Shown here one piece after another: positions 1 through 8,571 of a stretch of DNA of 27,633 nucleotides. Each line of letters begins with the position of its first letter. The stretch's first letter is position 1. Below the pieces are notes generated by a model that saw nothing but the letters and a program-made list of their open reading frames with translations, did no database searches and was not told the origin of the DNA. Position numbers and translations under genes: made by a program. Source of the stretch: a virus (Duplodnaviria > Caudoviricetes); IMG/VR virus record IMGVR_UViG_3300037511_000099, positions 1 to 27,633 of that record; one strand, given 5' to 3'.

Positions 1-210
1 GTCCAGCGTGATCGTGACCCCGCCGACCTTGAAGAAACCGTCCGCCACGTTGGCCCAGCGAAACGAGCCGGGGACGTGCTTCAGCACGAACGGCGCCTTG
101 GCGTTCGGCCCCATCTGTTCGGGATACAGGTTGACGACCCGGCCGGACGAGCCAGGCAGGATCCGGTCGCTCCCCCCGACGAGAGGGAACGGCACGCGCT
201 TTGAAGGCAT
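1..210 (-). CDS. P22 gp10-like tail hub / packaged-DNA stabilization protein, 5' part (runs off window; not in ORF track)
   Basis: ATG at 210 gives MPSKRVPFPLVGGSDRILPGSSGRVVNLYPEQMGPNAKAPFVLKHVPG..., open to base 1. The 'VNLYPE...L...PG' N-terminus resembles gp10-like proteins. Confidence 0.7.
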   Translation of the reverse strand, partial: MPSKRVPFPLVGGSDRILPGSSGRVVNLYPEQMGPNAKAPFVLKHVPGSFRWANVADGFFKVGGVTITLD

Positions 211-220
211 GACGGTTTCC

Positions 221-1630
221 CTAGACGCGGGGGACGTAGCGATGGCGGCCATAGGCCGTGGGGGTGCGCGTGGGCGTCTCTTCGAACCGGCCGAAGCGGG
301 TCAGGACAGAGCGGGAGGTGGACGTGCTGCCCGGCTGGCAAATCTGGAAGTAGATGTCGCCGTCGAACTGGTAGATGTACTGGCTGGCCGGGGCGCTGAA
401 ATTGTAGCTTGAGTACCCGAGGTCGCCCTGACGCAGGATGATCCCCTCCGCGTCATCGAACTGCGCGAAGGCTGAGCCGGTCCACTTGTAGCCCCGAACC
501 TTGGCGTAGAAGATCCGGTCGCCCTCCCCCACGTCATCGGCATAGGTGGCGTTGCCGTCGATGATCCCGAACAGCAGCACGGGGTTTCCATCCAAGGCAT
601 AGAAGATCGCCGGTCGCCCGCAGTAGCTGGTCAGGAAGCCATCATCGTCGGCCCCATCGAACAGGCGGGAATATTCCTCGGTCCAGGGCAGGCCCGGCGT
701 GAACAGCGTCTCCGAGACGTCCACCGCGTCATCCGACGTCGAGAGGCTGGCCAGCACCTCTTCGAAGCCGAAGTGATAGTCCCCGTACTCGATGCCTCCG
801 ACGCCGATATCCACCTGGAACAGGCCGCCGTTAGGCCGTGTGGCGCCCCAATCGATCGAAAAGCCGTTCGTGCCGTCCTCCATCCAGCCCCGCGGCACGA
901 GGAAGTAGAAGGTGTTGTTCACGCAGAAGCCGATGGGGTTGTCGCGTACGGTCCCATCCTGAAAACCCGCCATGCGGCCGATGTGCAGGGCCGTGGAGCT
1001 TGTCCAACTGCCGCTGATGCCCGGTCCCTGGTCTGGACTCAGAACCCCAACAGTGACGAAGGGATGCGCGCCCTTGTAGGTCCCCGCCTCGATGGCCGCG
1101 ACAGGCGGGCAGACGTGCCAGCGGATCTTGTCGCCGGTGAAGTCGCGCGTCATGATGAGGATGGAACCGGGCGTGGCCCCCGAGCGGTATTCCCAGAGCC
1201 CGACCGCCTCATAGAGGTTGATGCCCGGCAGGAGCATCCGGACATAGTCGATGAGCACTGGCGCGGCGACGGCTCCAACCGCGCTGATATCGGCCACGCC
1301 GAGGTAGAGGTAGCGGTCGGAACTGAACGTCCCGATCATGTAGAAGATCACCTTGTCGCCGGCCTGGTTCAACCAGACGGAGCATTCCTGAAAGCTGGTG
1401 GGCGTGTCGGAGCCCGCGTCGAGGAACAGTTGCTCAATGTCGCCATCGTCCAATGTCCAAAGCGTCAGGCCGTTGACGTCGCAGCAGGAGTGAAGCGGAG
1501 CCGCCGTCGAGGTGTACTGGCTGAGGTTGGCGTCAACGAGATTGGAGGTCGCCACCCCGATCTTGACCGCCGAAACTTCCGGCTGGACGGCGTTCACCAC
1601 GTCGTCGTCGTAGACGAGGATGGTAGGCAT
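221..1630 (-). CDS. Putative tail/receptor-binding protein, 469 aa, beta-rich and acidic
   Basis: Likely start ATG at 1630 (MPTILVYDDD...) overlapping the upstream TGA (TGATG coupling). The extension to 1825 in the ORF track reads as shadow sequence. Aromatic/Gly/Asp-rich and located in the tail region. Confidence 0.65.
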   Translation of the reverse strand: MPTILVYDDDVVNAVQPEVSAVKIGVATSNLVDANLSQYTSTAAPLHSCCDVNGLTLWTLDDGDIEQLFLDAGSDTPTSFQECSVWLNQAGDKVIFYMIGTFSSDRYLYLGVADISAVGAVAAPVLIDYVRMLLPGINLYEAVGLWEYRSGATPGSILIMTRDFTGDKIRWHVCPPVAAIEAGTYKGAHPFVTVGVLSPDQGPGISGSWTSSTALHIGRMAGFQDGTVRDNPIGFCVNNTFYFLVPRGWMEDGTNGFSIDWGATRPNGGLFQVDIGVGGIEYGDYHFGFEEVLASLSTSDDAVDVSETLFTPGLPWTEEYSRLFDGADDDGFLTSYCGRPAIFYALDGNPVLLFGIIDGNATYADDVGEGDRIFYAKVRGYKWTGSAFAQFDDAEGIILRQGDLGYSSYNFSAPASQYIYQFDGDIYFQICQPGSTSTSRSVLTRFGRFEETPTRTPTAYGRHRYVPRV

Positions 1631-2274
1631 CAGGCGAGCGTGCCCACGGTCGTCAGGCCGACGTCTTCGATGGTCGTGACGCCGGCCGCAGAGACGTACT
1701 TGATCTCGTCGCCGGTGAGCGCGTTGACCACAGCTGCGCCGCTCGTGGCGAACGTCCAGGTCCCGAGCGTGGAACAGGTGGCCGTGCCGATGGTCGAGCC
1801 GTTGAGCTTGATGGTCACGACCCACTCCGCATCGGGCGGGAGCGTGGGGCTCAGGCCGTAGGAGCCCGCGAAGTTGGCGGCGAAGGTGACGTCATGGGCC
1901 AGGACTTCGGCGTAGATCAGCTCTCCGGCGCTCGGCGTGCCGCCCTTGAAGAACACCACGTCGAGGTAGCCGCTAGCCGGATCGCCAGAGAACTCGGGAA
2001 CCTCGAAACTGATGTTCGACTGGATGGTGACGCCTTCGGCCGTCTTCAGCACGAGGTTGTAGCCTGCGCCTTGGGTGTAGAAGATCGGCGACGGAGGCCG
2101 CCCGTTGCTGTCCAGTTCGATCGGGTTTTCGTGCGGGGTAACGCCCGTCGTCTCGGTATAGACCGCTCGCGGATCGCCGGTGATGGCGTCGTAGGTGTAG
2201 AGGAAGCCCCCGTTCAGGGGATCGCCCGCATCATCGAGGTACTGTTGGAGCGGGTCGAGGCATAGAACAGCCAT
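1630..2274 (-). CDS. Tailspike/fibre head-binding (adaptor) domain protein, 214 aa
   Basis: N-terminus 'QYLDDAGDPLNGGFLYTYDAITGDPRAVYT...ENPIELDSNGR' resembles the particle-binding domain of P22-like tailspikes. GGAG RBS upstream. Confidence 0.75.
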   Translation of the reverse strand: MAVLCLDPLQQYLDDAGDPLNGGFLYTYDAITGDPRAVYTETTGVTPHENPIELDSNGRPPSPIFYTQGAGYNLVLKTAEGVTIQSNISFEVPEFSGDPASGYLDVVFFKGGTPSAGELIYAEVLAHDVTFAANFAGSYGLSPTLPPDAEWVVTIKLNGSTIGTATCSTLGTWTFATSGAAVVNALTGDEIKYVSAAGVTTIEDVGLTTVGTLA

Positions 2275-2307
2275 GCGGGTTGCTCCGTGGTGTGGTAAAG
2301 CTGGGGG

Positions 2308-2457
2308 ATGCTTTGGGAATGGCTTCGCGACCTCAGGCCCGAGGGGTGGTCTGAGTGGGGGTTCCTGCCCCGCGTCGTCTACGTCGTGGTGTGGGTGTCG
2401 CTCACGACCGGCGTGTGGTTACTGGCTCGCGCCCTGGCTCGCCTGATTTTTCACTGA
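2308..2457 (+). CDS. Small single-pass membrane protein, 49 aa (not in ORF track); candidate superinfection-exclusion moron
   Basis: MLWEWLRDLRPEGWSEWGFLPRVVYVVVWVSLTTGVWLLARALARLIFH*. Contains a hydrophobic helix, lies antisense to the late operon, and has TGgTAAAGC ending 6 nt before the ATG. Confidence 0.6.
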   Translation: MLWEWLRDLRPEGWSEWGFLPRVVYVVVWVSLTTGVWLLARALARLIFH

Positions 2458-4056
2458 GACGGCAACGCTCGGCGCGGTGCTGGACAGGGCCGCCATCAGC
2501 TCGCGATAGAGCGCAGCCACCTGCGGATTGCGCTGCGCCAAGGTCGTGAACTCGGCTTGCGCCGGCCCTGCGGCCTCGCCGCCATTCGCCATCAGCGTGA
2601 TGAGCCGGCCGACGTTGGCCTGCGTCTGGCGATCGGAGATGTGCTTGGCGATGAAGCCGGCCACGCCGATCGGAACGGTGGCGCCATGCGAGGCGAGCCC
2701 GCCCAGGACGTTCGCCGTCATCATCAGCCCGTTGCCCTCGGGGGACAACTTACCGACTTGGCGCAAGCCGTTCTGGACTGGCGTTCCCTTCACGGTCTGC
2801 CGCATCAGCGCAGCCTCGTCCGGGGTCAGGTTGCGGATGCGCTTGCCGCTCGTGGGGTCGATGAACGGGCGCAGGTTGCCCCGCGTGGCGTTGTTGATGT
2901 TGCCGCCCGAGCCAGAGGCCGCAGCCTTCAGATCCGCGCTTTCCGTGGTCTTGGCTATAGTGTCGATCTTGCGGTACCGACTGTTCAGGTCGCGGGCCTT
3001 GCGGATCGCAGCCGCAGCCGCAGGGCCATCGCCATTCGCCATCTGCTCGGGCTTCGCGGCGTCGATGAACTCGTCGATGTTGTGAATGATCTTGTCGCCG
3101 AAGAAGGCTTCTGCCTCTCCGTGCTTCGGCGACGCCACGTCGCGGCGGACTTCCTGGCGCAGTTGGTCGAGTTCGGCCATGCTGACGGGCTTGCCAGAAG
3201 ACAGGCGGGTCTGAATGTCCTGCATCATCGAGTAGGCCTTGGGGTGGCGCGTGGCGCTCACGTTTGCCGCGGTAAGCTCGTCCTTGATCCCTTCGGCGAG
3301 GGTCTGGGCGGCTTCCGGCTTGTAGGCGATGCCCATGTCGTCCACGGCCTTGTACGCCGCCGTCTTGGCCGCGCGGAGGCTCTCGGCGACGGCGTTGGCG
3401 TCCACCTTCGGGGAAGGCTTCACCACGCGCGCCACAGCGCCGGCAGCACGGCCTGCCACCTTGCCCGCGACGGGCGACGCGCCGCCGGTCAGGCCGCCCA
3501 CGAAAGCGCCCTCCCCGGCCTGCTGAAGCGTGTTCTGGCCCGGCTGGGTACCGCCCGCGCCGTAGAGCGCGCCGATTGCCGTCCCGGAGCCCGCAGCACG
3601 GCCTGTAGCGGCCAACAGGTTCGGAGCGCCGGCGACGTACCGCGCGCCGAGCTTGTTCACGGGATTGGCGACGGCCCCAACGACGTTGCCAGCGAGGTTC
3701 TGAACGGGATGCTCGCGCGCGAACCGTTGGGCGGCCTGACCCTCGGCTTGGCGCACGGCCTCATAGGCCTCTCGCATCCCATAGCCGCTGTCGGGCTGGC
3801 CGGTGGCGCGCGCAAGCGCGTTGTGGACGCCGGTTTCCGCCGCGGCGCCGGTCGCGTCGATGCTGCCCATTGCGTTGAACAGGAAGCCGTTGTTGATCGA
3901 CCGCACCAGGCCGGGCGTGTTGGCGGCGCGGCGCTCTGCGTCGGCGCGGGCGCGCGACTGTGGCGTCGCCTTCACCGGCTGGACAGATGCTACCGCCCAC
4001 GGGTCGGCGCCCTTGCGTACAGGCTCGACGGATTGAACGGCCCAAGGGTCAGCCAT
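2419..4056 (-). CDS. DNA ejection / internal virion protein (gp16-position), 545 aa
   Basis: Ala/Gly-rich with glycine-zipper-like segments and a duplicated N-terminal ADPWAVxSVxPV. Third of three ejection-type genes. Confidence 0.75.
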   Translation of the reverse strand: MADPWAVQSVEPVRKGADPWAVASVQPVKATPQSRARADAERRAANTPGLVRSINNGFLFNAMGSIDATGAAAETGVHNALARATGQPDSGYGMREAYEAVRQAEGQAAQRFAREHPVQNLAGNVVGAVANPVNKLGARYVAGAPNLLAATGRAAGSGTAIGALYGAGGTQPGQNTLQQAGEGAFVGGLTGGASPVAGKVAGRAAGAVARVVKPSPKVDANAVAESLRAAKTAAYKAVDDMGIAYKPEAAQTLAEGIKDELTAANVSATRHPKAYSMMQDIQTRLSSGKPVSMAELDQLRQEVRRDVASPKHGEAEAFFGDKIIHNIDEFIDAAKPEQMANGDGPAAAAAIRKARDLNSRYRKIDTIAKTTESADLKAAASGSGGNINNATRGNLRPFIDPTSGKRIRNLTPDEAALMRQTVKGTPVQNGLRQVGKLSPEGNGLMMTANVLGGLASHGATVPIGVAGFIAKHISDRQTQANVGRLITLMANGGEAAGPAQAEFTTLAQRNPQVAALYRELMAALSSTAPSVAVSVKNQASQGASQ

Positions 4057-5799
4057 CTACTTCACCTGCACCGGCTGACCGTTGCGTAGGGTCCACCGCT
4101 GACCGTTGGCGAAGGTTGTGATGTGGTCCGCCTTGATCTGCGCGCGGGCTTGGGCCGGGAGCCCGGCAGCGGCGGGGGCGGACGCGGGCGCGCGCGCGGC
4201 CGGTTGGGTGGCCGTCTTGGCGCCGGCCATTTGGGCCTCTGCGACGTCAATGGCTTCCTGAAGCGCTGGCGGGGCCGATCGACCGGCCTTGATCTGGGCC
4301 GCACGCAGGAGCGACACCAGCTTCTTGCCCTTCGCCTGGATTTGCTCAGGCTTGTCGGTGTACCGAGGGAAGTAGGTGTCCCGGTAGTTGTTCAGCTGCT
4401 CCTTGGTGTAGGCCGCGCCAGTGCCCAGCGTCAGCGCGGCGTCGAGAATGTCGAGTTGGTTGGTGACGACCTCTTGGCGATCCGCGCTGCGGACCACGTT
4501 CGCCGCGCCCTCGCTCCCCACGTAGGGTAGGCTCTTCGCGAGGGTCTCCATCGTTCCCGGGCGGCGAGCCGCAGGGTCGCGCGCACTGATGGCGGTCAGG
4601 TTCTTCAGCGAGTCCGCCAAGCGCATCGAAAGGAAGCCGGCCGTCCGCTCGCCTTCGGTGACCTTTCCGGCCTCAGGGGTGCCAGCGAAGGCCGGATCGG
4701 GCTTGCGGTCCCCGTTGCGGTTGATCAGCAGGCCCTTGCCGTCCGGCGCCCACTCTGGCCCCTGCGGCGCGTCCCCCTGCACCACACCGGGCCGCGATGG
4801 CGTCTGGGCGACTTGCTGTCCGCCGCCCTTGCCGCCCTCGAACGTGGTGATGGCATCGGCCAGCGCGGCTTTCACGCGAGGGTCAGCCATGTTCAGGGGC
4901 TGGTCTGGCGAGACGCCCAGCCGCTTCGCCACAAAGGCAGCGTAGCCGGCCGTGTCGTTCTCGCTCGGCGGCGCCCATCGGTTGATGATCCCCGCGACCG
5001 TGTTCAGTCCGCGCTTGCCGTAGCTGTCGAGCAGGGCGACCTGAGCGTTGCGGCCGGCGTCGGGGTTGTTGAACTTGGCGTAGCGCCCGTCCGAGCCTGC
5101 GTAGCCCGGCAGGCTCCGGGCAAACGGCCCATCCTCGATATTGCCAGGGTTGGCGTTGCGCTGGTTGCGCGGGCCAAGGTTGCCGGACGGCGCGGGATTG
5201 AACGCGGGCGTGCCTTGGAGGTCGGTCTGGGGCGGGCCGCCGTTGATGTCGAAGTACTCGGTTGAGCCGTCAGCGCGCTTGCGCTCCTTCCACTCGGGCT
5301 TGTAGGCGGGCGCTGGATAGGGCTGCACCATGCGGCTGTTGCCGGTCTGCTTGCCCACGGCATAGATCCCGTTAGGCCCTTCGACAATCTGCAGTTCTTC
5401 CTTGGCCTTGGCGTCGAGTGCATCAAGGAAAGCGGGGCCGCCCTGATCGAACGCGGGCCGCAGCCTTTTGAGCGCCTCGGCGTCATAGCCTAGCGTCGGA
5501 GCAGCCTGTACCGCGACGTCGAACGCCTGACCGGGATCGTGGCCCGCCGCCGCAGCAGCACGGATGCCACGAGCGAGCCAGATGGCGGACTCGGCCTTCC
5601 GCTTGCGGTCCTCGTCGCCGAGCTTGGCGGCATCGTCCACCCGCCCGAAGCGGTTCAGCATGTTGACCGCGCTTGGCGTGTCGCCATCGGCGATCATGCG
5701 GCCGGCGCCCACATTCAGGGCGTTCGTGAACTGGCGGTTGGCGTTCGCCGTCCCCGCGTTGTGGGCGTTCCAGTAGGCGTCGAGGTCCAGGCCGGCCAT
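4057..5799 (-). CDS. DNA ejection / internal virion protein with lysozyme-like domain, 580 aa
   Basis: Central 'RNANPGNI...GRYAKF...G...LLDSY...NTVAGIINRWAPPSENDTAGYAAFVAKRLGV...AITTFEG' resembles the phage virion-associated (PM2 P5-like) lysozyme-fold domain. Located between the other ejection genes. Confidence 0.8.
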   Translation of the reverse strand: MAGLDLDAYWNAHNAGTANANRQFTNALNVGAGRMIADGDTPSAVNMLNRFGRVDDAAKLGDEDRKRKAESAIWLARGIRAAAAAGHDPGQAFDVAVQAAPTLGYDAEALKRLRPAFDQGGPAFLDALDAKAKEELQIVEGPNGIYAVGKQTGNSRMVQPYPAPAYKPEWKERKRADGSTEYFDINGGPPQTDLQGTPAFNPAPSGNLGPRNQRNANPGNIEDGPFARSLPGYAGSDGRYAKFNNPDAGRNAQVALLDSYGKRGLNTVAGIINRWAPPSENDTAGYAAFVAKRLGVSPDQPLNMADPRVKAALADAITTFEGGKGGGQQVAQTPSRPGVVQGDAPQGPEWAPDGKGLLINRNGDRKPDPAFAGTPEAGKVTEGERTAGFLSMRLADSLKNLTAISARDPAARRPGTMETLAKSLPYVGSEGAANVVRSADRQEVVTNQLDILDAALTLGTGAAYTKEQLNNYRDTYFPRYTDKPEQIQAKGKKLVSLLRAAQIKAGRSAPPALQEAIDVAEAQMAGAKTATQPAARAPASAPAAAGLPAQARAQIKADHITTFANGQRWTLRNGQPVQVK

Positions 5800-5801
5800 G
5801 G

Positions 5802-6485
5802 CTAGCCCCCGAAGAACGCCAGCAGCGCTTGAGAGGCGTTGTCACCCCCAGCGCTGAAGACGTCTCCGTACTGAGCCGCGATGGCATTACCGCGGTTATA
5901 GCGAGCGCCCGTCCGCCCATCGGCCGCGCCGAAAAGGGTATTGGCCGTGCCTGTGGCATAGCCGCTCTGGGTGTTGGCGAGGCCCGTGGCATAGTTCTGT
6001 TGAGCTTGCGCAGCGCCGTTCGTGCCCGACAGGCCGAGCTGGGCAAGCTGGTTGTTGCGCGCGAAGTCGTTCGCGAACTCCGTCGAGGCCAGCCCCTGGC
6101 CATAGCGGGTCAGGGCCTTCAGGTTACCGCCAGAGAGGATCTGTCCACGCGCTGCGGCGGACCTGTCGATGGCGTCCACGCCCTGGCCCAGCCTCCAGGC
6201 GTAGGACGGATCGGTCGGACTGTACTGGAAGCCGCCCGACTGCATGTCGTTGGCCCGGTTCAGCGCATTGACGCCCGTCTGCTGATAGGGCTGGTAGTAG
6301 CCCAGCGTGGCATCCCGCGCGCCGGTGTAGCCTGCGATGGACGCGTCACGGGCGCCGCTGAACGCGTTCAGCGCCCCTGTCTCGGCCCCGTTGTAGTCAA
6401 GCAGGATGTTCTTCGTCTGCTTCTTCTGGGCCTTGTGACCCAGGAAGGAGCCGATTGAATCGCCGATCGCGCCGAAAAGACCCAT
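5802..6485 (-). CDS. DNA transfer/pilot ejection protein (P22 gp7-like), 227 aa
   Basis: 'PSYAWRLGQGVDAIDRSAAARGQILSGGNLKALTRYGQGLASTEF' motif typical of gp7-like pilot proteins; G/A/N/Q-rich. Confidence 0.8.
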   Translation of the reverse strand: MGLFGAIGDSIGSFLGHKAQKKQTKNILLDYNGAETGALNAFSGARDASIAGYTGARDATLGYYQPYQQTGVNALNRANDMQSGGFQYSPTDPSYAWRLGQGVDAIDRSAAARGQILSGGNLKALTRYGQGLASTEFANDFARNNQLAQLGLSGTNGAAQAQQNYATGLANTQSGYATGTANTLFGAADGRTGARYNRGNAIAAQYGDVFSAGGDNASQALLAFFGG

Positions 6486-6496
6486 CAGCTATCCCC

Positions 6497-7072
6497 TCAA
6501 TAGAACTCGTGATCGACCGCGCGGCGCGGCGAGGCGTTGCGGTACGAGATCTGGATGATGAAGCGGCCCGCCCGAGACAACGTGACCTGCCCGACAGTGC
6601 CCCCGAACTCGTCGGCCATGAGCATCGCCAGATGACACGCCAGTTCGTCAGGCCCGCGCGTGGACAGCGGCGCGACGGAATCAAGCGTCAGGTCATCCAG
6701 AACCACCCAGGAGCCCAGGGCGGCATCGTAGAGGTTGTGGATCGCGTCTTCGCCGTCCTCGGTGACCACGACCGCAGCCAGGTCGATAGGCGCGCGCGTC
6801 AGGCCCGAAATGGTGTCGGTGACCGTCGTCGGCAGCGTTACCGTCAGCACGTCATCCTTGCGGATGCGCTCGAACTCCTTGGCGGTGTAGTCGCTCGTGG
6901 CGACGACCTCCGTCATCCGCCCGAACAGCCCGCCATTCACGGCCGAGAGGTACCAGCCCTTGAGGATCTCGAGCCCTGACTGTGCGTCATAGGCCACGGG
7001 TGCGGGGTTGCCCTCGCCTACCACGCGCAGCTTGCGCAGCGCCGTGGTCACGATCTGCCGACACGTCGCCAT
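6497..7072 (-). CDS. Head-tail adaptor (P22 gp4-like), 191 aa
   Basis: N-terminal 'T.RQIVTTALRKLRVVGEG...DAQSGLEIL' and C-terminal 'LACHLAMLMADEFG' match the gp4-like pattern. GGAGG RBS; follows the head genes. Confidence 0.8.
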   Translation of the reverse strand: MATCRQIVTTALRKLRVVGEGNPAPVAYDAQSGLEILKGWYLSAVNGGLFGRMTEVVATSDYTAKEFERIRKDDVLTVTLPTTVTDTISGLTRAPIDLAAVVVTEDGEDAIHNLYDAALGSWVVLDDLTLDSVAPLSTRGPDELACHLAMLMADEFGGTVGQVTLSRAGRFIIQISYRNASPRRAVDHEFY

Positions 7073-7090
7073 GTCACCTCCACCCGTCAG

Positions 7091-7131
7091 GGAGCCGGCG
7101 GACCGCCGTTACGCTGGCGGCCCGCCGCTCC
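7091..7131 (-). promoter_or_regulatory. Long GC-rich intergenic hairpin between head and tail genes (no U-tract)
   Basis: Minus-strand GGAGC-GGCGGGCCGCC-(AGCGTAAC)-GGCGGTCCGCC-GGCTCC forms a stem of about 16 bp. Confidence 0.6.
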
Positions 7132-7137
7132 AGCGGC

Positions 7138-7440
7138 CTAGACCGGGCCGGCGGCTGCGGCAGCCGCGGTGGCTTCAGCAGCCTCCTCACGCAGCGCTTC
7201 GGCGTCAGCGGCCTCCTTGGCGCGGCGCTTGGCCGTCTTCACGGCGTCGGCGTCTTCACCCGCCTTGGTGAATTGCGGATTGCCCGCAAGCTTCGCCTCG
7301 ACGTCGGCGACCTTCAGGTTGCCCTTCAGGTCGGCCGACTTGATGGTCACCGCCTCGCCCGGGGGGAAGGTGATGCCGAACGCCTCGGTCGGCTCGTAGG
7401 CGTCCCGAGGATCAGTCGGGGTGTAGGTGAACGTGGTCAT
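7138..7440 (-). CDS. Hypothetical virion-module protein, 100 aa
   Basis: AGGAG RBS; 'EAFGITFPPGEAV...KLAGNPQF' is a common small gene downstream of the capsid; Ala/Glu-rich tail. Confidence 0.75.
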   Translation of the reverse strand: MTTFTYTPTDPRDAYEPTEAFGITFPPGEAVTIKSADLKGNLKVADVEAKLAGNPQFTKAGEDADAVKTAKRRAKEAADAEALREEAAEATAAAAAAGPV

Positions 7441-7449
7441 GTCCGCTCC

Positions 7450-7956
7450 TTAGGTCTGGGCGCTGGTGTTCGGGTCTTGGAAGAGGTACTCGACCGCCAC
7501 CCAGATCTTGCCCGTGCCGCCAGCGTTGGCCGCCGTGTTGACGACGGCCTGGATCAACGTCGGCGCGTCGAAATAGATCGGCCCCGACTTCAGCGTGCCG
7601 TTCAGCGGGTACAGGATCGACGCTTCCGGCTTGATCTGGCCGACGACATCGCCGTCGATCGTGCCGAAGTTGCCGAGCCCGTCCGGGTCCGCCGTGGCGC
7701 CGACGCCCGTTCCGCCGTTGGCGGTCCAGCCGATGTCGATGTCCAGCGCCTCGGTGCCGGTGTCGATGTCTTCGCCGCGAAACCAGCCGCCAACGACCAG
7801 CGCGCCGGCCGGAAGCCGGACCAGATCGACGGTGTCGGCCCCGGAGGCGGCCGCGGCGAAGTTGTAGAGGCCCCACGCGACGTGAAGCACAGCCCCGCCG
7901 GCCGAACCGCCGACAGGGAACTTGGCGAGACTGCGAGCAGCCTTGAGAGAAGCCAT
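7450..7956 (-). CDS. Probable capsid decoration/cement protein, 168 aa
   Basis: Beta-sandwich-like pattern 'DTVDLVRLPAGALVVGG...DIDTGTEALDIDIG...GKIWVAVEY'. AAGGA RBS; next co-oriented gene after the capsid. Confidence 0.7.
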   Translation of the reverse strand: MASLKAARSLAKFPVGGSAGGAVLHVAWGLYNFAAAASGADTVDLVRLPAGALVVGGWFRGEDIDTGTEALDIDIGWTANGGTGVGATADPDGLGNFGTIDGDVVGQIKPEASILYPLNGTLKSGPIYFDAPTLIQAVVNTAANAGGTGKIWVAVEYLFQDPNTSAQT

Positions 7957-8024
7957 GGTGATGTTCCTTTGATGAAGGGGCGGCGCGTGCTAATAATCGG
8001 GCCTTGGCAAACGAGGTTTGTGCA

Positions 8025-8558
8025 ATGTCCGAGCGCTGGGCCGCAGTGGTTGGTTGGGAAGGTTACTATGAAGCGTCAGATGCAGGCGGTTGCCGCCGCA
8101 TCATCACCAAGTACGGAAATCCCTCGGAGCGCCCCCTACGTCCTGGTCGCCGGGTCGGTTACGCCAACTACACTCTGTCAGTTGACAAGGTGAAGAAGAC
8201 CTACGCCGCACACCGGCTTGTTTGGGAGACGTTCAACGGACCAATCCCGGAAGGATTGCAGATCAACCACAAGAACGGCGTCAAAACCGACAACCGACTT
8301 GAGAATTTGGAACTCTGCACTCCCTCCGAGAACACACGCCACGCCGTCCATGTCCTGCACCGCCCTTGGTCCTCTCCCCCGCATGTTCCGGGCGTGAAGA
8401 ACGGTCGGGCGAAACTCGATGAGACCGGCGTGGCGCTTGTGAAGCGCCTAAGGTCGGAAGGCTGGAGCCAACAGCGGATCGCTGATCATGTCGGCATCAA
8501 CCAAACGGCGGTTAGCGCGCTCCTGAGGGGGGCAACTTGGAGGCACGTAAATAGCTGA
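8025..8558 (+). CDS. NUMOD4-HNH homing endonuclease with C-terminal HTH, 177 aa
   Basis: NUMOD4 'ERWAAVVGWEGYYEASDAG', HNH 'HRLVWETFNGPIPEGLQINHKNGVKTDNRLENLE', HTH 'WSQQRIADHVGINQTAVS'. GAGG RBS before ATG 8025 and TGcTAATAAT upstream. Confidence 0.92.
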   Translation: MSERWAAVVGWEGYYEASDAGGCRRIITKYGNPSERPLRPGRRVGYANYTLSVDKVKKTYAAHRLVWETFNGPIPEGLQINHKNGVKTDNRLENLELCTPSENTRHAVHVLHRPWSSPPHVPGVKNGRAKLDETGVALVKRLRSEGWSQQRIADHVGINQTAVSALLRGATWRHVNS

Positions 8559-8571
8559 CTTTATTCAGCTA

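Noticed and set aside
1631-1825. N-terminal extension of ORF 221..1825
   Set aside because: R/H-rich shadow translation overlapping the adaptor gene. The coupled ATG at 1630 is the more plausible start.
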